From a virus (lineage: Duplodnaviria > Caudoviricetes): 36,387 bases of DNA. The first letter of the stretch is position 1. Each line of letters opens with the position of its first letter. The DNA is taken from positions 1 through 36,387 of the IMG/VR virus record IMGVR_UViG_3300011337_000169. One strand, given 5' to 3'. The translations under genes were made by a program, and so were the position numbers. Below the pieces are notes generated by a model. It worked only from the letters and a program-made list of their open reading frames with translations. It did no database searches and was not told where the DNA came from. This document shows positions 1 to 9,193 of this stretch, piece after piece.

Positions 1-224
<224 letters not shown>

Positions 225-370
225 CTGCGTGCCGCTTGCCCGAATCGAGGGGGGAGGGAGGGCCTTGGCCTGGACGTGTCGGTCACGGCAGCGTCCACGA
301 ACAATTTTTTTAAAAAAAAGATACCTAGACCAAAAGCCCTTGCAAACCAGAAATAGGTCAAATTGTCCTA

Positions 371-406
371 TTGGCAAACGGGAAACAGTCGTGCTATAAA
401 CGGGCT
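371..406 (+). promoter_or_regulatory. Putative sigma70-type promoter for terS giving a leaderless mRNA
   Basis: TTGGCA (371-376), 18-bp spacer, TGcTATAAA (-10 at 395-400), ATG at 407 with no Shine-Dalgarno. Confidence 0.55.
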
Positions 407-898
407 ATGTTCAAGTCACTCCCTTTTACACCCCGCGTCGTCAAGGCGACCGAGCAGCGTTTGAATGCTATATATGCTGCTTCTAATTTAGGGTTAAAAG
501 GAGATGCACTGGCGCTAGCAGCGGGGATGCTGCCTACGGAATACCGCCAATTGTGCCAATTTGACCCAATGGCCGAGATGGCCGCACAAAAGGGCAAGGC
601 CGATAACGAACTGCAAGCTGCCCGGCGGCTGAACGAGGCGTCTGAAGGCGGCGACGCTAAAGCGAGCTTGGCGATCCTTACGCACGTTCACGGTTGGCAA
701 CAAACTTCCAACGTCAACATAAATGTTGAACAACGAATTAGTATTATATCCGCGCTAGAAGAAGCCAAGTCAAGGGTGATCGAAGGCAGTGCTATAATAG
801 ACGAAACCCCCGAACGCATCAACGGTCGAGGGCTTCTTACCAATAACGATGAGGACACATCGCATGGCTACCAACATTCTAACGCAAGCGCGGCTTAA
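407..898 (+). CDS. terS: Terminase small subunit
   Basis: HTH-like N-terminus (ALALAAGMLPTEYRQL), helical core and C-terminal beta strand (NVNINVEQRISI); lies upstream of TerL; start placed at ATG 407. Confidence 0.75.
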   Translation: MFKSLPFTPRVVKATEQRLNAIYAASNLGLKGDALALAAGMLPTEYRQLCQFDPMAEMAAQKGKADNELQAARRLNEASEGGDAKASLAILTHVHGWQQTSNVNINVEQRISIISALEEAKSRVIEGSAIIDETPERINGRGLLTNNDEDTSHGYQHSNASAA

Positions 899-1382
899 AG
901 AACTTTTGCATTACAACTCTGCGACGGGGATATTTACTTGGCGGCAAAGCCAAGGCACTCGACGCAAAAACGCTATTGCCGGTTCGCGGCATCCTAAAGG
1001 CTACATCGACATTAGTATCGACAGCAAACTACACCGAGCGCATCGGCTAGTGTGGCTGTATGAGTATGGCTGTTTTCCCGACGGAGAGATTGACCACATA
1101 AACCGCGTTCGGTTTGACAACCGACGCGTTAATATCCAAGTAGCAACGCGCAGCCAAAACACGCAGAATACGGGCTTACAACGTAACAACATCTCGGGTC
1201 ACCGGGGTGTTGGTTGGAATAAACAACACCAAAAATGGCGCGCGCGCATAAACATTAATGGCGTAAAAATTTGGCTTGGCAATTTTGATACTGTTGAAGC
1301 GGCGGTAGCCGCGTATACTAACGCTGCAAGTATTCATCACGCATATAGGCTGCAATGCAAAAGCCAATCTACTCCACCATAG
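864..1382 (+). CDS. HNH homing endonuclease with AP2-like C-terminal domain
   Basis: HRAHRLVW...IDHINRVRFDNRRVN, then GV.WNKQHQKWRARI...WLG.F; RBS GAGGA at 851-855. Confidence 0.9.
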   Translation: MATNILTQARLKELLHYNSATGIFTWRQSQGTRRKNAIAGSRHPKGYIDISIDSKLHRAHRLVWLYEYGCFPDGEIDHINRVRFDNRRVNIQVATRSQNTQNTGLQRNNISGHRGVGWNKQHQKWRARININGVKIWLGNFDTVEAAVAAYTNAASIHHAYRLQCKSQSTPP

Positions 1383-2878
1383 ACGAAGAAAAATTGATGG
1401 TGGAGCTATGGTCACCCGCGCTTGCGGACGACCCCGAAGCGTTTGTGTTGTTTGCGTTTCCCTGGGGCCAGAAGAACACCCCGCTGCATAAGTTCAAAGG
1501 CCCGCGCAAGTGGCAGCGGGAAGTGCTGCGTGATATCAAGGCGCATATACAAGGGAACAAGGGCAAGATCCAGATGGACACCCTGCGGGAAGCGGTGTCA
1601 TCAGGGCGCGGAATTGGCAAGTCGGCATTAGTATCTTGGCTGGTGCTGTGGATGCTGACTACCCGCATCGGCGGCAGCATCGTCATCAGCGCCAACTCGG
1701 AAAGCCAACTACGGTCGGTGACCTGGGCCGAGCTAACCAAGTGGGCGGCGATGACCATCAACAACCACTGGTTTGAGATCAGCGCAACCAAGCTGGTGCC
1801 CGCGCAGTGGCTGTGCGAGCTGGTCGAGCGCGACCTGAAGAAAGGCACACGTTACTGGGCCGCAGAGGGCAAGCTGTGGTCGGCAGAGAATCCAGACAGC
1901 TACGCCGGTGTCCACAATCAAGACGGCATGATGTTGATCTTCGACGAGTCCAGCGGCATACCGAATCCAATATGGGAAGTCGGCGCCGGGTTCTTTACTG
2001 AGAACACGCCGGATCGCTATTGGTTTGCCTTCAGCAACCCGCGCCGCAACGAAGGTTACTTCTTTGAGTGCTTCCACGCCAAACGCGCGTTTTGGAACAC
2101 CCGCAGTGTGGATGCGCGCACCGTCGAGGACACCGACAAGCAGGTCTACGAGCAGATTATTGCGGAATACGGCGAGGATTCACCGCAGGCCAAGGTCGAG
2201 GTGTATGGTGAATTTCCCGACGCGGGCGAGGATCAGTTTATTAAGCCCATGCTGGTCGAGGATGCCATGCACCGCGACCGCTGGAAGGACACCACGGCAC
2301 CGATAGTATTAGGGATTGACCCCGCCAGAGGTGGTGCTGACTCAACCGTGCTGGTGGTGCGCCAAGGGCGCGACATTGTGGCGATCAAACGCTACTCGGG
2401 TGAGGACACCATGACCATCGTCGGGCGGGTGATTGACGCCATCGAGGAATTCAAGCCCACGCTGTCGATTATCGACGAAGGTGGCCTGGGTTACGGGATA
2501 CTTGACAGGTTGACAGAGCAGCGTTATAAGGTACGCGGGGTAAACTTTGGCTGGAAGGCCAAAAACTCCATTATGTGGGGCAACAAGCGGGCTGAAATGT
2601 GGGGCACCATGAAGGAATGGCTGAAAACAGCATCCATTCCAAGCGACCGTCAGCTAAAAGCCGATTTGGTCGGCCCCATGAAGAAGCCTAACAGCAGCGG
2701 CACCATTTTCCTTGAGGGGAAAAAAGAGATGCGTAGTCGTGGATTGGCCTCACCGGACGCTGCTGACGCGCTGGCCGTTACTTTTGCCTTCCCCGTCGCG
2801 CACCGCGAATACCGCGAGCCTGTGCGACGCAGCGCGTCGTCGCACGCCGGCGCAACCAGCTCATGGATGGGGTCTTGA
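1355..2878 (+). CDS. terL: Terminase large subunit
   Basis: Walker A SSGRGIGKS, Walker B LIFDE, coupling motif FSNP, nuclease motifs GIDPARGGAD and SPDAADAL. Confidence 0.95.
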   Translation: MQKPIYSTIDEEKLMVELWSPALADDPEAFVLFAFPWGQKNTPLHKFKGPRKWQREVLRDIKAHIQGNKGKIQMDTLREAVSSGRGIGKSALVSWLVLWMLTTRIGGSIVISANSESQLRSVTWAELTKWAAMTINNHWFEISATKLVPAQWLCELVERDLKKGTRYWAAEGKLWSAENPDSYAGVHNQDGMMLIFDESSGIPNPIWEVGAGFFTENTPDRYWFAFSNPRRNEGYFFECFHAKRAFWNTRSVDARTVEDTDKQVYEQIIAEYGEDSPQAKVEVYGEFPDAGEDQFIKPMLVEDAMHRDRWKDTTAPIVLGIDPARGGADSTVLVVRQGRDIVAIKRYSGEDTMTIVGRVIDAIEEFKPTLSIIDEGGLGYGILDRLTEQRYKVRGVNFGWKAKNSIMWGNKRAEMWGTMKEWLKTASIPSDRQLKADLVGPMKKPNSSGTIFLEGKKEMRSRGLASPDAADALAVTFAFPVAHREYREPVRRSASSHAGATSSWMGS

Positions 2879-2879
2879 C

Positions 2880-3032
2880 ATGCCACTCGTCAAATCAAAA
2901 TCACCAATGGCTTTTCGTAAGAACATTAAGGCCGAAGTTGCCGCTGGCAAGCCCGTAAAACAGGCCGTGGCAATAAGTTATGCTGTTAAAAGGGAAGCTA
3001 TAAAGAAATCTTCTTCGCGGCGTTCCAAATAG
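2880..3032 (+). CDS. Small basic phage protein (50 aa)
   Basis: MPLVKSKS...[20 protein letters not shown], a small ORF type often found after terL; starts just after the terL stop. Confidence 0.75.
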   Translation: MPLVKSKSPMAFRKNIKAEVAAGKPVKQAVAISYAVKREAIKKSSSRRSK

Positions 3033-3411
3033 GTCTCATGCGATCTTCAGTCTCAATTTTTTGGTGGTCTGCATTTGACAATACGGCAAGATTTTCAATT
3101 CGATTATCGTGAGAATTACCATTGATATGATGCACATGTTCCCAACTAGCCAATTTTCTGCCAATATGCTGTTCCATAACATACCGGTGAACACGAACTT
3201 GTTTTCCGTTTATGCTTATTGTTTTATACGTATGTTTTGGTCGGTTAGTAGGTTTAAAACGCAAGTCGGAAAATTTTTCAAGGTGAACTTTAGCCAAGCA
3301 CGATCTAGAACAGTATTTTGTTTTTTCTGCCCGATAAGGGGGAACGTAATACACCGCGCCACAACACGCACAAATTTTGTTTACTCCAGTGGGATGTCCA
3401 TAGTTAGGCAT
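2998..3411 (-). CDS. HNH endonuclease with N-terminal Zn finger, antisense to the late operon
   Basis: CACC...YCSRSC, then [14 protein letters not shown]...[16 protein letters not shown]; GGAG RBS; AT-rich. Confidence 0.9.
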   Translation of the reverse strand: MPNYGHPTGVNKICACCGAVYYVPPYRAEKTKYCSRSCLAKVHLEKFSDLRFKPTNRPKHTYKTISINGKQVRVHRYVMEQHIGRKLASWEHVHHINGNSHDNRIENLAVLSNADHQKIETEDRMRPIWNAAKKISL

Positions 3412-3467
3412 ACGCTACTCCAATGTAAGTTGCTATTGCGTAGTATAGCCCAAAAAGGCGTTGAATA

Positions 3468-5687
3468 GTGGCCTATCAAGATACAGGCATTAACGAAGCC
3501 GGCGAAGTCTCGTCAGGCGGCACCAAGCGCGACCGCGATGATGGTGACATGCTGGCAAAGATGCGAACGCGCCTCACGATGGCGATCGCCGCGTATTCGG
3601 ATAGCCGCGAAGATGAGCTAGACGACCTGCGCTTTCGTGCTGCAAGCCCCGACAACCAGTGGCAGTGGCCTGCTGACGTGCTGGCGACACGCGGTTCGGT
3701 GCAAGGCCAGACGATCAACGCCAGACCCTGCCTGACCATCAACAAGCTGCCGCAGCACGTCTTGCAAGTAACCAACGACCAGCGGCAAAATCGCCCGTCG
3801 GGTAAAGTTATTCCCGCCGACGACAAAGCCGACGTGGAAGTGGCCGAGATATTCAACGGTTTGGTGCGGCACATCGAGTATATCTCGGATGCTGACGTGG
3901 CCTACGACACCGCCTGCGACAACCAAGTGACGTTTGGCGAGGGTTACTTCCGCATCCTGACCGAGTATTGCGACGACAACACATTTGAGCAAGATTTGCG
4001 TATTGGGCGCATCCGCGACAGTTTTAGCGTCTACATGGATCCGACAATCCAAGACCCGTGCGGTTCGGACGCCGAATGGTGCTTTATCAATCAAGAAATC
4101 ACTAAAGACGAATACGAACGCGAGTTCCCCGATGCCGCAACGCTATCTAGCTTGCAATACGGCGTGGGCGACGGGCAACTCAACGCGTGGATCAACCAAG
4201 ACACGGTAAGAATCGCGGAATACTTCTACATCGAGCATGAGTCCAAGAAATTGCACCAGTATCACGGCGGGATTACCGCAATGGCCGGCTCGCCCGAGGC
4301 CAAACAGGCCGAAATGATGGGTTTGAAGCCTATCAAGACCCGTGATGTGGACGTGCGGACGGTCAAATGGTGCAAAACTAACGGTTTTGAGGTGCTAGAA
4401 AAGCGCGATTGGGCGGGTAAATACATCCCCGTTATTCGCGTGATTGGCAACGAATTTGAGATTGATGGCCGCATGTATGTCAGCGGGTTGGTGCGGAACG
4501 CCAAAGACGCGCAGCGCATGTATAACTATTGGGTGAGCCAAGAGGCCGAGATGCTGGCGCTGGCCCCAAAAGCGCCGTTTATTGGCTACGGTGGTCAGTT
4601 TGAAGGCTACGAGCAACAATGGAAAACGGCTAATATTAACAACTGGCCGTATTTGGAAGTCAATCCCGATGTGACCGACGGGCAAGGCGGTGTGTTGCCG
4701 CTGCCGCAACGCTCACAGCCGCCGATGGCCTCCAGTGGCCTCCTGCAAGCCAAGGCGGGGGCGTCTGACGACATTAAAAGCTCAACGGGCCAGTATGATT
4801 CTAGCTTGGGCGCCACCAGCAACGAACGCTCGGGGCGCGCCATCTTGGCGCGTGAGAAGCAGTCGGACACCGGCACCTACCACTACGTGGACAATCTGGC
4901 GCGCGCGATCCGTTACGCCACACGGCAACTGGTCGATCTGATCCCGAAGATTTACGACACGCAACGCATCGCCCGCATCATTGGGCTGGATGGCGAAACG
5001 GATCAAGCCATGATCGACCCGATGCAACCGATGCCGGTCAAGAAGATTCAGAACGAGCAAGGCATCGTCATCAAAAAGATTTACAACCCCAACGTTGGCA
5101 AATACGACGTGGCGGTGACAACCGGCCCGAGCTACATGACCAAACGGCAGGAATCGCTGGACGCGATGGCGCAACTGCTGCAAGGCAACCCGCAACTGTG
5201 GGCGGTGGCCGGCGACCTGTTCATCAAACACATGGATTGGCCGGGCGCGCAGGAAATGGCGGCGCGGTTTGCCAAGACCATCGACCCGAAATTGCTCGCA
5301 ACCGGCGACGAATCGCCCGAACTGCAAGCGGCCAAGATGCAAATGCAGGCGATGGCACAAGAAATGGAACAAATGCACGGCATGTTGCAAAATGTCAGCA
5401 AATCCATCGAAGCGCAAGAGATGCAGGTCAAGCAGTTTGACAGCCAGGTCAAGGCTTACGACGCGGAAACCAAACGCATCAGCGCGGTGCAAAATTCAAT
5501 GGGTGAAGATCAAATTCACGATATTGTTATGGGAACGCTACACGCGGCGATGGCTACCGGCGATATTGTTTCCGGTAACCCTATGGTTAGTAATCGTGAT
5601 AACATACCTGAGAACGAACCTCAGGAGATGCAAAATGCGCCTATGCCACCCAACGCAAGCCCAGATCAAGGATATGCTCCGTTATGA
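3468..5687 (+). CDS. P22-like portal protein
   Basis: 739 aa; RPCLTINKL, GLVRNAKDAQRMYNYW, SGRAILARE, GKYDVAVTTGPSY motifs; C-terminal Gln/Met-rich coiled coil (barrel). Confidence 0.93.
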   Translation: MAYQDTGINEAGEVSSGGTKRDRDDGDMLAKMRTRLTMAIAAYSDSREDELDDLRFRAASPDNQWQWPADVLATRGSVQGQTINARPCLTINKLPQHVLQVTNDQRQNRPSGKVIPADDKADVEVAEIFNGLVRHIEYISDADVAYDTACDNQVTFGEGYFRILTEYCDDNTFEQDLRIGRIRDSFSVYMDPTIQDPCGSDAEWCFINQEITKDEYEREFPDAATLSSLQYGVGDGQLNAWINQDTVRIAEYFYIEHESKKLHQYHGGITAMAGSPEAKQAEMMGLKPIKTRDVDVRTVKWCKTNGFEVLEKRDWAGKYIPVIRVIGNEFEIDGRMYVSGLVRNAKDAQRMYNYWVSQEAEMLALAPKAPFIGYGGQFEGYEQQWKTANINNWPYLEVNPDVTDGQGGVLPLPQRSQPPMASSGLLQAKAGASDDIKSSTGQYDSSLGATSNERSGRAILAREKQSDTGTYHYVDNLARAIRYATRQLVDLIPKIYDTQRIARIIGLDGETDQAMIDPMQPMPVKKIQNEQGIVIKKIYNPNVGKYDVAVTTGPSYMTKRQESLDAMAQLLQGNPQLWAVAGDLFIKHMDWPGAQEMAARFAKTIDPKLLATGDESPELQAAKMQMQAMAQEMEQMHGMLQNVSKSIEAQEMQVKQFDSQVKAYDAETKRISAVQNSMGEDQIHDIVMGTLHAAMATGDIVSGNPMVSNRDNIPENEPQEMQNAPMPPNASPDQGYAPL

Positions 5688-6141
5688 AAACGGAAAATTA
5701 TACTGGCGTAAAAAAGTTAGCCGCAAGATTAATGTCGGCGACGAAGCGGGTACGCTCAGAAAAACTGACGGTTATAGCCAAATAATGATTAATAGACAGG
5801 TCTACCGCACTCACCGATTAGTGTATTTATACCATTTTGGGTATACCCCAGAAACACTTGACCATATAAACCAAAACCCGAGTGATAATCGGATTGAAAA
5901 TCTACGGCCCGCTACCCGCGCTGAAAATGCGTACAACAGTAAACTAAGGTCGGACAACATTTCGGGAGTAAAAGGCGTTACTTGGGACAAGGCCAAAAAG
6001 AAATGGTCTGTTCGTTTGTTTGCAAATAAAACTTGTGTCAATTTAGGCCGGTTTGTCGAATTAACCGACGCTATAACCGCAATTAAAGCGGCAAGACGCC
6101 AACACCACGGTATGTTTGCCTCTGAAGGAATGCCACAATGA
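5635..6141 (+). CDS. HNH homing endonuclease with AP2-like domain
   Basis: YRTHRLVY...LDHINQNPSDNRIENLR, SGVKGVTW; AGGAG RBS at 5623-5627 inside the portal gene; ATG 5635. Confidence 0.9.
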   Translation: MRLCHPTQAQIKDMLRYENGKLYWRKKVSRKINVGDEAGTLRKTDGYSQIMINRQVYRTHRLVYLYHFGYTPETLDHINQNPSDNRIENLRPATRAENAYNSKLRSDNISGVKGVTWDKAKKKWSVRLFANKTCVNLGRFVELTDAITAIKAARRQHHGMFASEGMPQ

Positions 6142-6500
6142 AGTGCGCCGATTTCGTAGGGATGTTGTTTTTGGCTCGGGATGTGGCGCACAGCGTCCAC
6201 CTCAACACCCGCAGCTACTCCAAGCATGTAGCCTTGAACATCTTTTACGAGCGTATTGTGGGCGCGGCAGACGATTTCACGGAAGCCTATCAAGGACGGC
6301 ATGGACTGATCGGCCCGATCTCGCTTATGTCGGCCAAGAAAACGGCCAATATTATTGAGTTTCTGGAAGATCAATTGAAAGAAATTGAAGCGGCTCGGTA
6401 TGATATTGTGGATAAGTCAGACAGCTCGCTGCAACAGCTCATCGACAACATCATTGAGATATACCTTCGCACTCTCTACAAACTCCGCTTTCTAGCTTGA
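6138..6500 (+). CDS. Dps/ferritin-like four-helix protein (DUF5856-like)
   Basis: AHSVHLNTRSYSKHVAL...DDFTEAYQG...TLYKL pattern; ATGA overlap with the HNH stop. Confidence 0.7.
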   Translation: MKCADFVGMLFLARDVAHSVHLNTRSYSKHVALNIFYERIVGAADDFTEAYQGRHGLIGPISLMSAKKTANIIEFLEDQLKEIEAARYDIVDKSDSSLQQLIDNIIEIYLRTLYKLRFLA

Positions 6501-6508
6501 GGACAATC

Positions 6509-6781
6509 ATGTCAGCCACCTATAAAAGTATCAGCGCCACCACACAAATCAAAGTCGGGTTTACGGTCTTGAAAGGCATCTTTGTCAGCGCCGCAAGCTC
6601 AACGCCGCTGATCACCGTCTACGATTCCGGCACCGCAAGCACTGGTGACCCAACCATATTGGGCGTGTTTACTCCCGCAGCGGCGGGTATTTATACGTTC
6701 ACCGCAAATGGCATAACGGCAAGCAAAGGACTCTACGTCGTTATTTCGGGAACGGTAGTAGCAACTATTATTTATGAGTAA
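6509..6781 (+). CDS. Small beta-rich virion protein
   Basis: Thr/Ser/Gly-rich beta composition, GAGGA RBS, position in the structural operon. Confidence 0.6.
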   Translation: MSATYKSISATTQIKVGFTVLKGIFVSAASSTPLITVYDSGTASTGDPTILGVFTPAAAGIYTFTANGITASKGLYVVISGTVVATIIYE

Positions 6782-6787
6782 TTGCAA

Positions 6788-7087
6788 ATGACCGTCAAAC
6801 TTTCTCCGGTGGGTGGCGCGGGCTGGCAGTTCTTTGACGACGACGGTGTTCCGTTGGCGGGCGGCAAACTGTACACGTACGCTGCTGGCACTACGACGCC
6901 GCAGGCTACGTATACAACTATTAGCGGTTTGACCGCTAATCAAAATCCAGTGGAATTGAATTCCGCCGGTCGTGTTTCGGGCAGCAATCAAATTTGGTTA
7001 ACCAGCGCCGTTTCGTACAAATTGATCTTAAAAACCAGCGCGGATGTTCAGTTGTGGAGTGCTGATGATATTACCGGCATAACTTGA
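6788..7087 (+). CDS. Stand-alone tailspike N-terminal (particle-binding-like) domain
   Basis: QFFDDDGVPLAGGKLYTYAAGTTTP...NPVELNSAGR is typical of tailspike N-termini in P22-like environmental phages; only 99 aa. Confidence 0.65.
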   Translation: MTVKLSPVGGAGWQFFDDDGVPLAGGKLYTYAAGTTTPQATYTTISGLTANQNPVELNSAGRVSGSNQIWLTSAVSYKLILKTSADVQLWSADDITGIT

Positions 7088-7109
7088 GATAACGGATACT
7101 GGATAAATT

Positions 7110-8060
7110 ATGTCTAACGTAAAAATCTCCGCATTACCCGCCGCGACTACACCGTTAACAGGCACCGAATTAGTACCCCTTGTCCAATCGGGTGTAACAA
7201 GTCAAGTTGCGGTAAGCAATATTAAAACCGCACCGGCGGGGTCAAACACGCAGGTGCAATTTAATAACTCTAGCGCATTTGGGGCGTCTGCTTCTTTGAC
7301 TTGGGATGGCACTACACTTGCCGCGACTAAATTTTCGGGCGCTCTTAACGGCACCGTAGGCGCAACCACGCCAAGCACAGGGGATTTTACTTCTGTAACC
7401 GGTACAGTCTCATCTGGGGCTGTTGCTACTTACACCGCAAGCGGCGCAAATCAAAGCATTTATTCTAGGTATATCGGCGGGTCGCCCAATGTGGCAAACG
7501 TATACGTCGGAACAGATAGCGCAGCAGGGGGCATATCCGGTATCGGTGGCGGTGGGCTACTTTGGAACGTTGGTAATGGAGGTTTAGCGTTTGGTACAAA
7601 TAACGCACTGGCAATGTCGTTAAGTACTACGGGCGCATTGGCTCTTAAAGGCGCAAGCACTTCAGCCACAGGCGTTGGCATCACCTTCCCCGCCACACAA
7701 AGCGCATCAACAGACGCGAATACGCTGGATGATTATGAGGAGGGAACGTGGACGCCCGGGCAAGGCGCTGGATTAACGGTTGTTGGCGCGTACACTTCGT
7801 CAGGCAAATACGTAAAAATTGGCAGACAGGTTTTTGTTTCTGGCGTTGCGGCGGGGGCAACAACAATTGCAGCTTCGGCAAATTCCATAGGTTTTACTGG
7901 ATTGCCTTTTGCTAGTAGCGGAACTGCCGGTATCGGGTCAATGTCAAACGCATCTTTATCCCAAGTGGGCGCGACCTATTCAGATTCTACAAATGTTTAC
8001 GTAACCGCAATGACTGCCGCTGCATCGTTAGTTTTTAGTCTTGTATATCACACCACTTAA
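7110..8060 (+). CDS. Tail or head fibre protein
   Basis: N-terminal KISALP domain, Gly/Thr-rich shaft, C-terminal TLDDYEEGTWTP...YVKIGRQV tip domain. Confidence 0.8.
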   Translation: MSNVKISALPAATTPLTGTELVPLVQSGVTSQVAVSNIKTAPAGSNTQVQFNNSSAFGASASLTWDGTTLAATKFSGALNGTVGATTPSTGDFTSVTGTVSSGAVATYTASGANQSIYSRYIGGSPNVANVYVGTDSAAGGISGIGGGGLLWNVGNGGLAFGTNNALAMSLSTTGALALKGASTSATGVGITFPATQSASTDANTLDDYEEGTWTPGQGAGLTVVGAYTSSGKYVKIGRQVFVSGVAAGATTIAASANSIGFTGLPFASSGTAGIGSMSNASLSQVGATYSDSTNVYVTAMTAAASLVFSLVYHTT

Positions 8061-8098
8061 CTACACCGGATTAGTGTAGTCAGACAAAGGAAAAACAA

Positions 8099-8335
8099 AT
8101 GGCAATCACCAAAGAAACCGTAGTCGATCAAATCACCGTCACTGAAAACGGCATCATCCTCTATCGTGAAGCTACGCGCATCATGGAAGATGGCACCGAA
8201 TTGACCAAGACCTACCACCGCAACAGCCTGACGCCAGCGCAAGACCTGACGGGTGTGCCTGAGAAGGTTGTGGCAATCTGCAACACGGCGTGGACAGCAG
8301 ATGTTGTTGCTGCGTATCAAGCGGCAAAAGCATAA
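8099..8335 (+). CDS. Small fibre-associated protein (partner or chaperone of the LDDYEEG-type tip)
   Basis: MAITKETVVDQI...YHR...V.AICN.AWT, usually found after LDDYEEGTWTP fibres; AAGGA RBS. Confidence 0.7.
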   Translation: MAITKETVVDQITVTENGIILYREATRIMEDGTELTKTYHRNSLTPAQDLTGVPEKVVAICNTAWTADVVAAYQAAKA

Positions 8336-8393
8336 CGTATAATTAACCAAACCGTACCAGCGAGGTTCACTGGGGATTCTAAGGAATCAAGCC

Positions 8394-9173
8394 ATGTCTG
8401 ACGAAGTAATAGCGGAACAACCCGCGCCGGAACAGGCCGCAACGGCTGCGCCTGAACCCATAGCAAATGCGCCGGAAGCAGCAGAAGCATCCGAAGGCGA
8501 GCAGAAAGAAACTCCGAAGGTATTTAGCCAGGAAGATTTGGACGCGGCCATCGGCAAGAGGCTTGCACGAGAACAAAGGAAGTGGGAGCGCGAAGCAAGG
8601 CAGGCCGAAGCACCAAAGCCTATCCCTGTAGAGCATGTTAAGCCGGAACAGTTTACGACGACCGAGGAATACGTTGATGCTTTGACAACTTCCAAAGCCG
8701 CCCAAATTGTCCAGCAGCAACAGTTTGCGAAACAGCAACAGGAATTGTTAGGGAACTATCACGACAAGGAAGAAGATGCGCGGAGTAAATACGAGGACTT
8801 TGAACAAGTTGCGTATAACCCCAAGCTACCAATTACTGATGTGATGGCTCAAACGATTCAAGCCTCGGATAACGGCCCTGATATTGCATACTATCTCGGC
8901 ACAAACCCCAAGGAAGCTGACCGCATAGCCCGACTCCAACCGTTCTTGCAGGCAAAAGAAATAGGAAGATTGGAAGCGAAAATTGCTTCTGAACCCGTAA
9001 CAAAACGCACATCCAGCGCACCTGCGCCGATTTCACCTGTCACAGCTCGCGGGGGTCAATCCAGCGGTTTTGATACCACCGACCCAAGGTCAATTAAAAC
9101 AATGACCACAAGCCAGTGGATTGAAGCTGAGAGAGCCAGACAAGTGAAAAAGCAGGAAGCTAGGAATCGCTAA
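8394..9173 (+). CDS. Scaffolding protein
   Basis: Acidic Ala/Pro/Glu-rich N-terminus, coiled coil, directly upstream of the coat gene. Confidence 0.8.
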   Translation: MSDEVIAEQPAPEQAATAAPEPIANAPEAAEASEGEQKETPKVFSQEDLDAAIGKRLAREQRKWEREARQAEAPKPIPVEHVKPEQFTTTEEYVDALTTSKAAQIVQQQQFAKQQQELLGNYHDKEEDARSKYEDFEQVAYNPKLPITDVMAQTIQASDNGPDIAYYLGTNPKEADRIARLQPFLQAKEIGRLEAKIASEPVTKRTSSAPAPISPVTARGGQSSGFDTTDPRSIKTMTTSQWIEAERARQVKKQEARNR

Positions 9174-9193
9174 TTATTTTTTAGGAGTTTTTC

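Noticed and set aside
2350-4820. Isolated Chi octamers at 2350 (+) and 4813 (-)
   Set aside because: Single sites inside coding sequence in opposite orientations, compatible with chance.
5269-5634. N-terminal extension of the 290-aa HNH ORF
   Set aside because: Alternative frame of portal; the real start is ATG 5635 with an AGGAG RBS.
864-6141. Group I introns or inteins housing the HNH genes
   Set aside because: Flanking genes are intact and overlap the HNH ORFs, leaving no room for a ribozyme core; no intein motifs seen in TerL, PolA or helicase.
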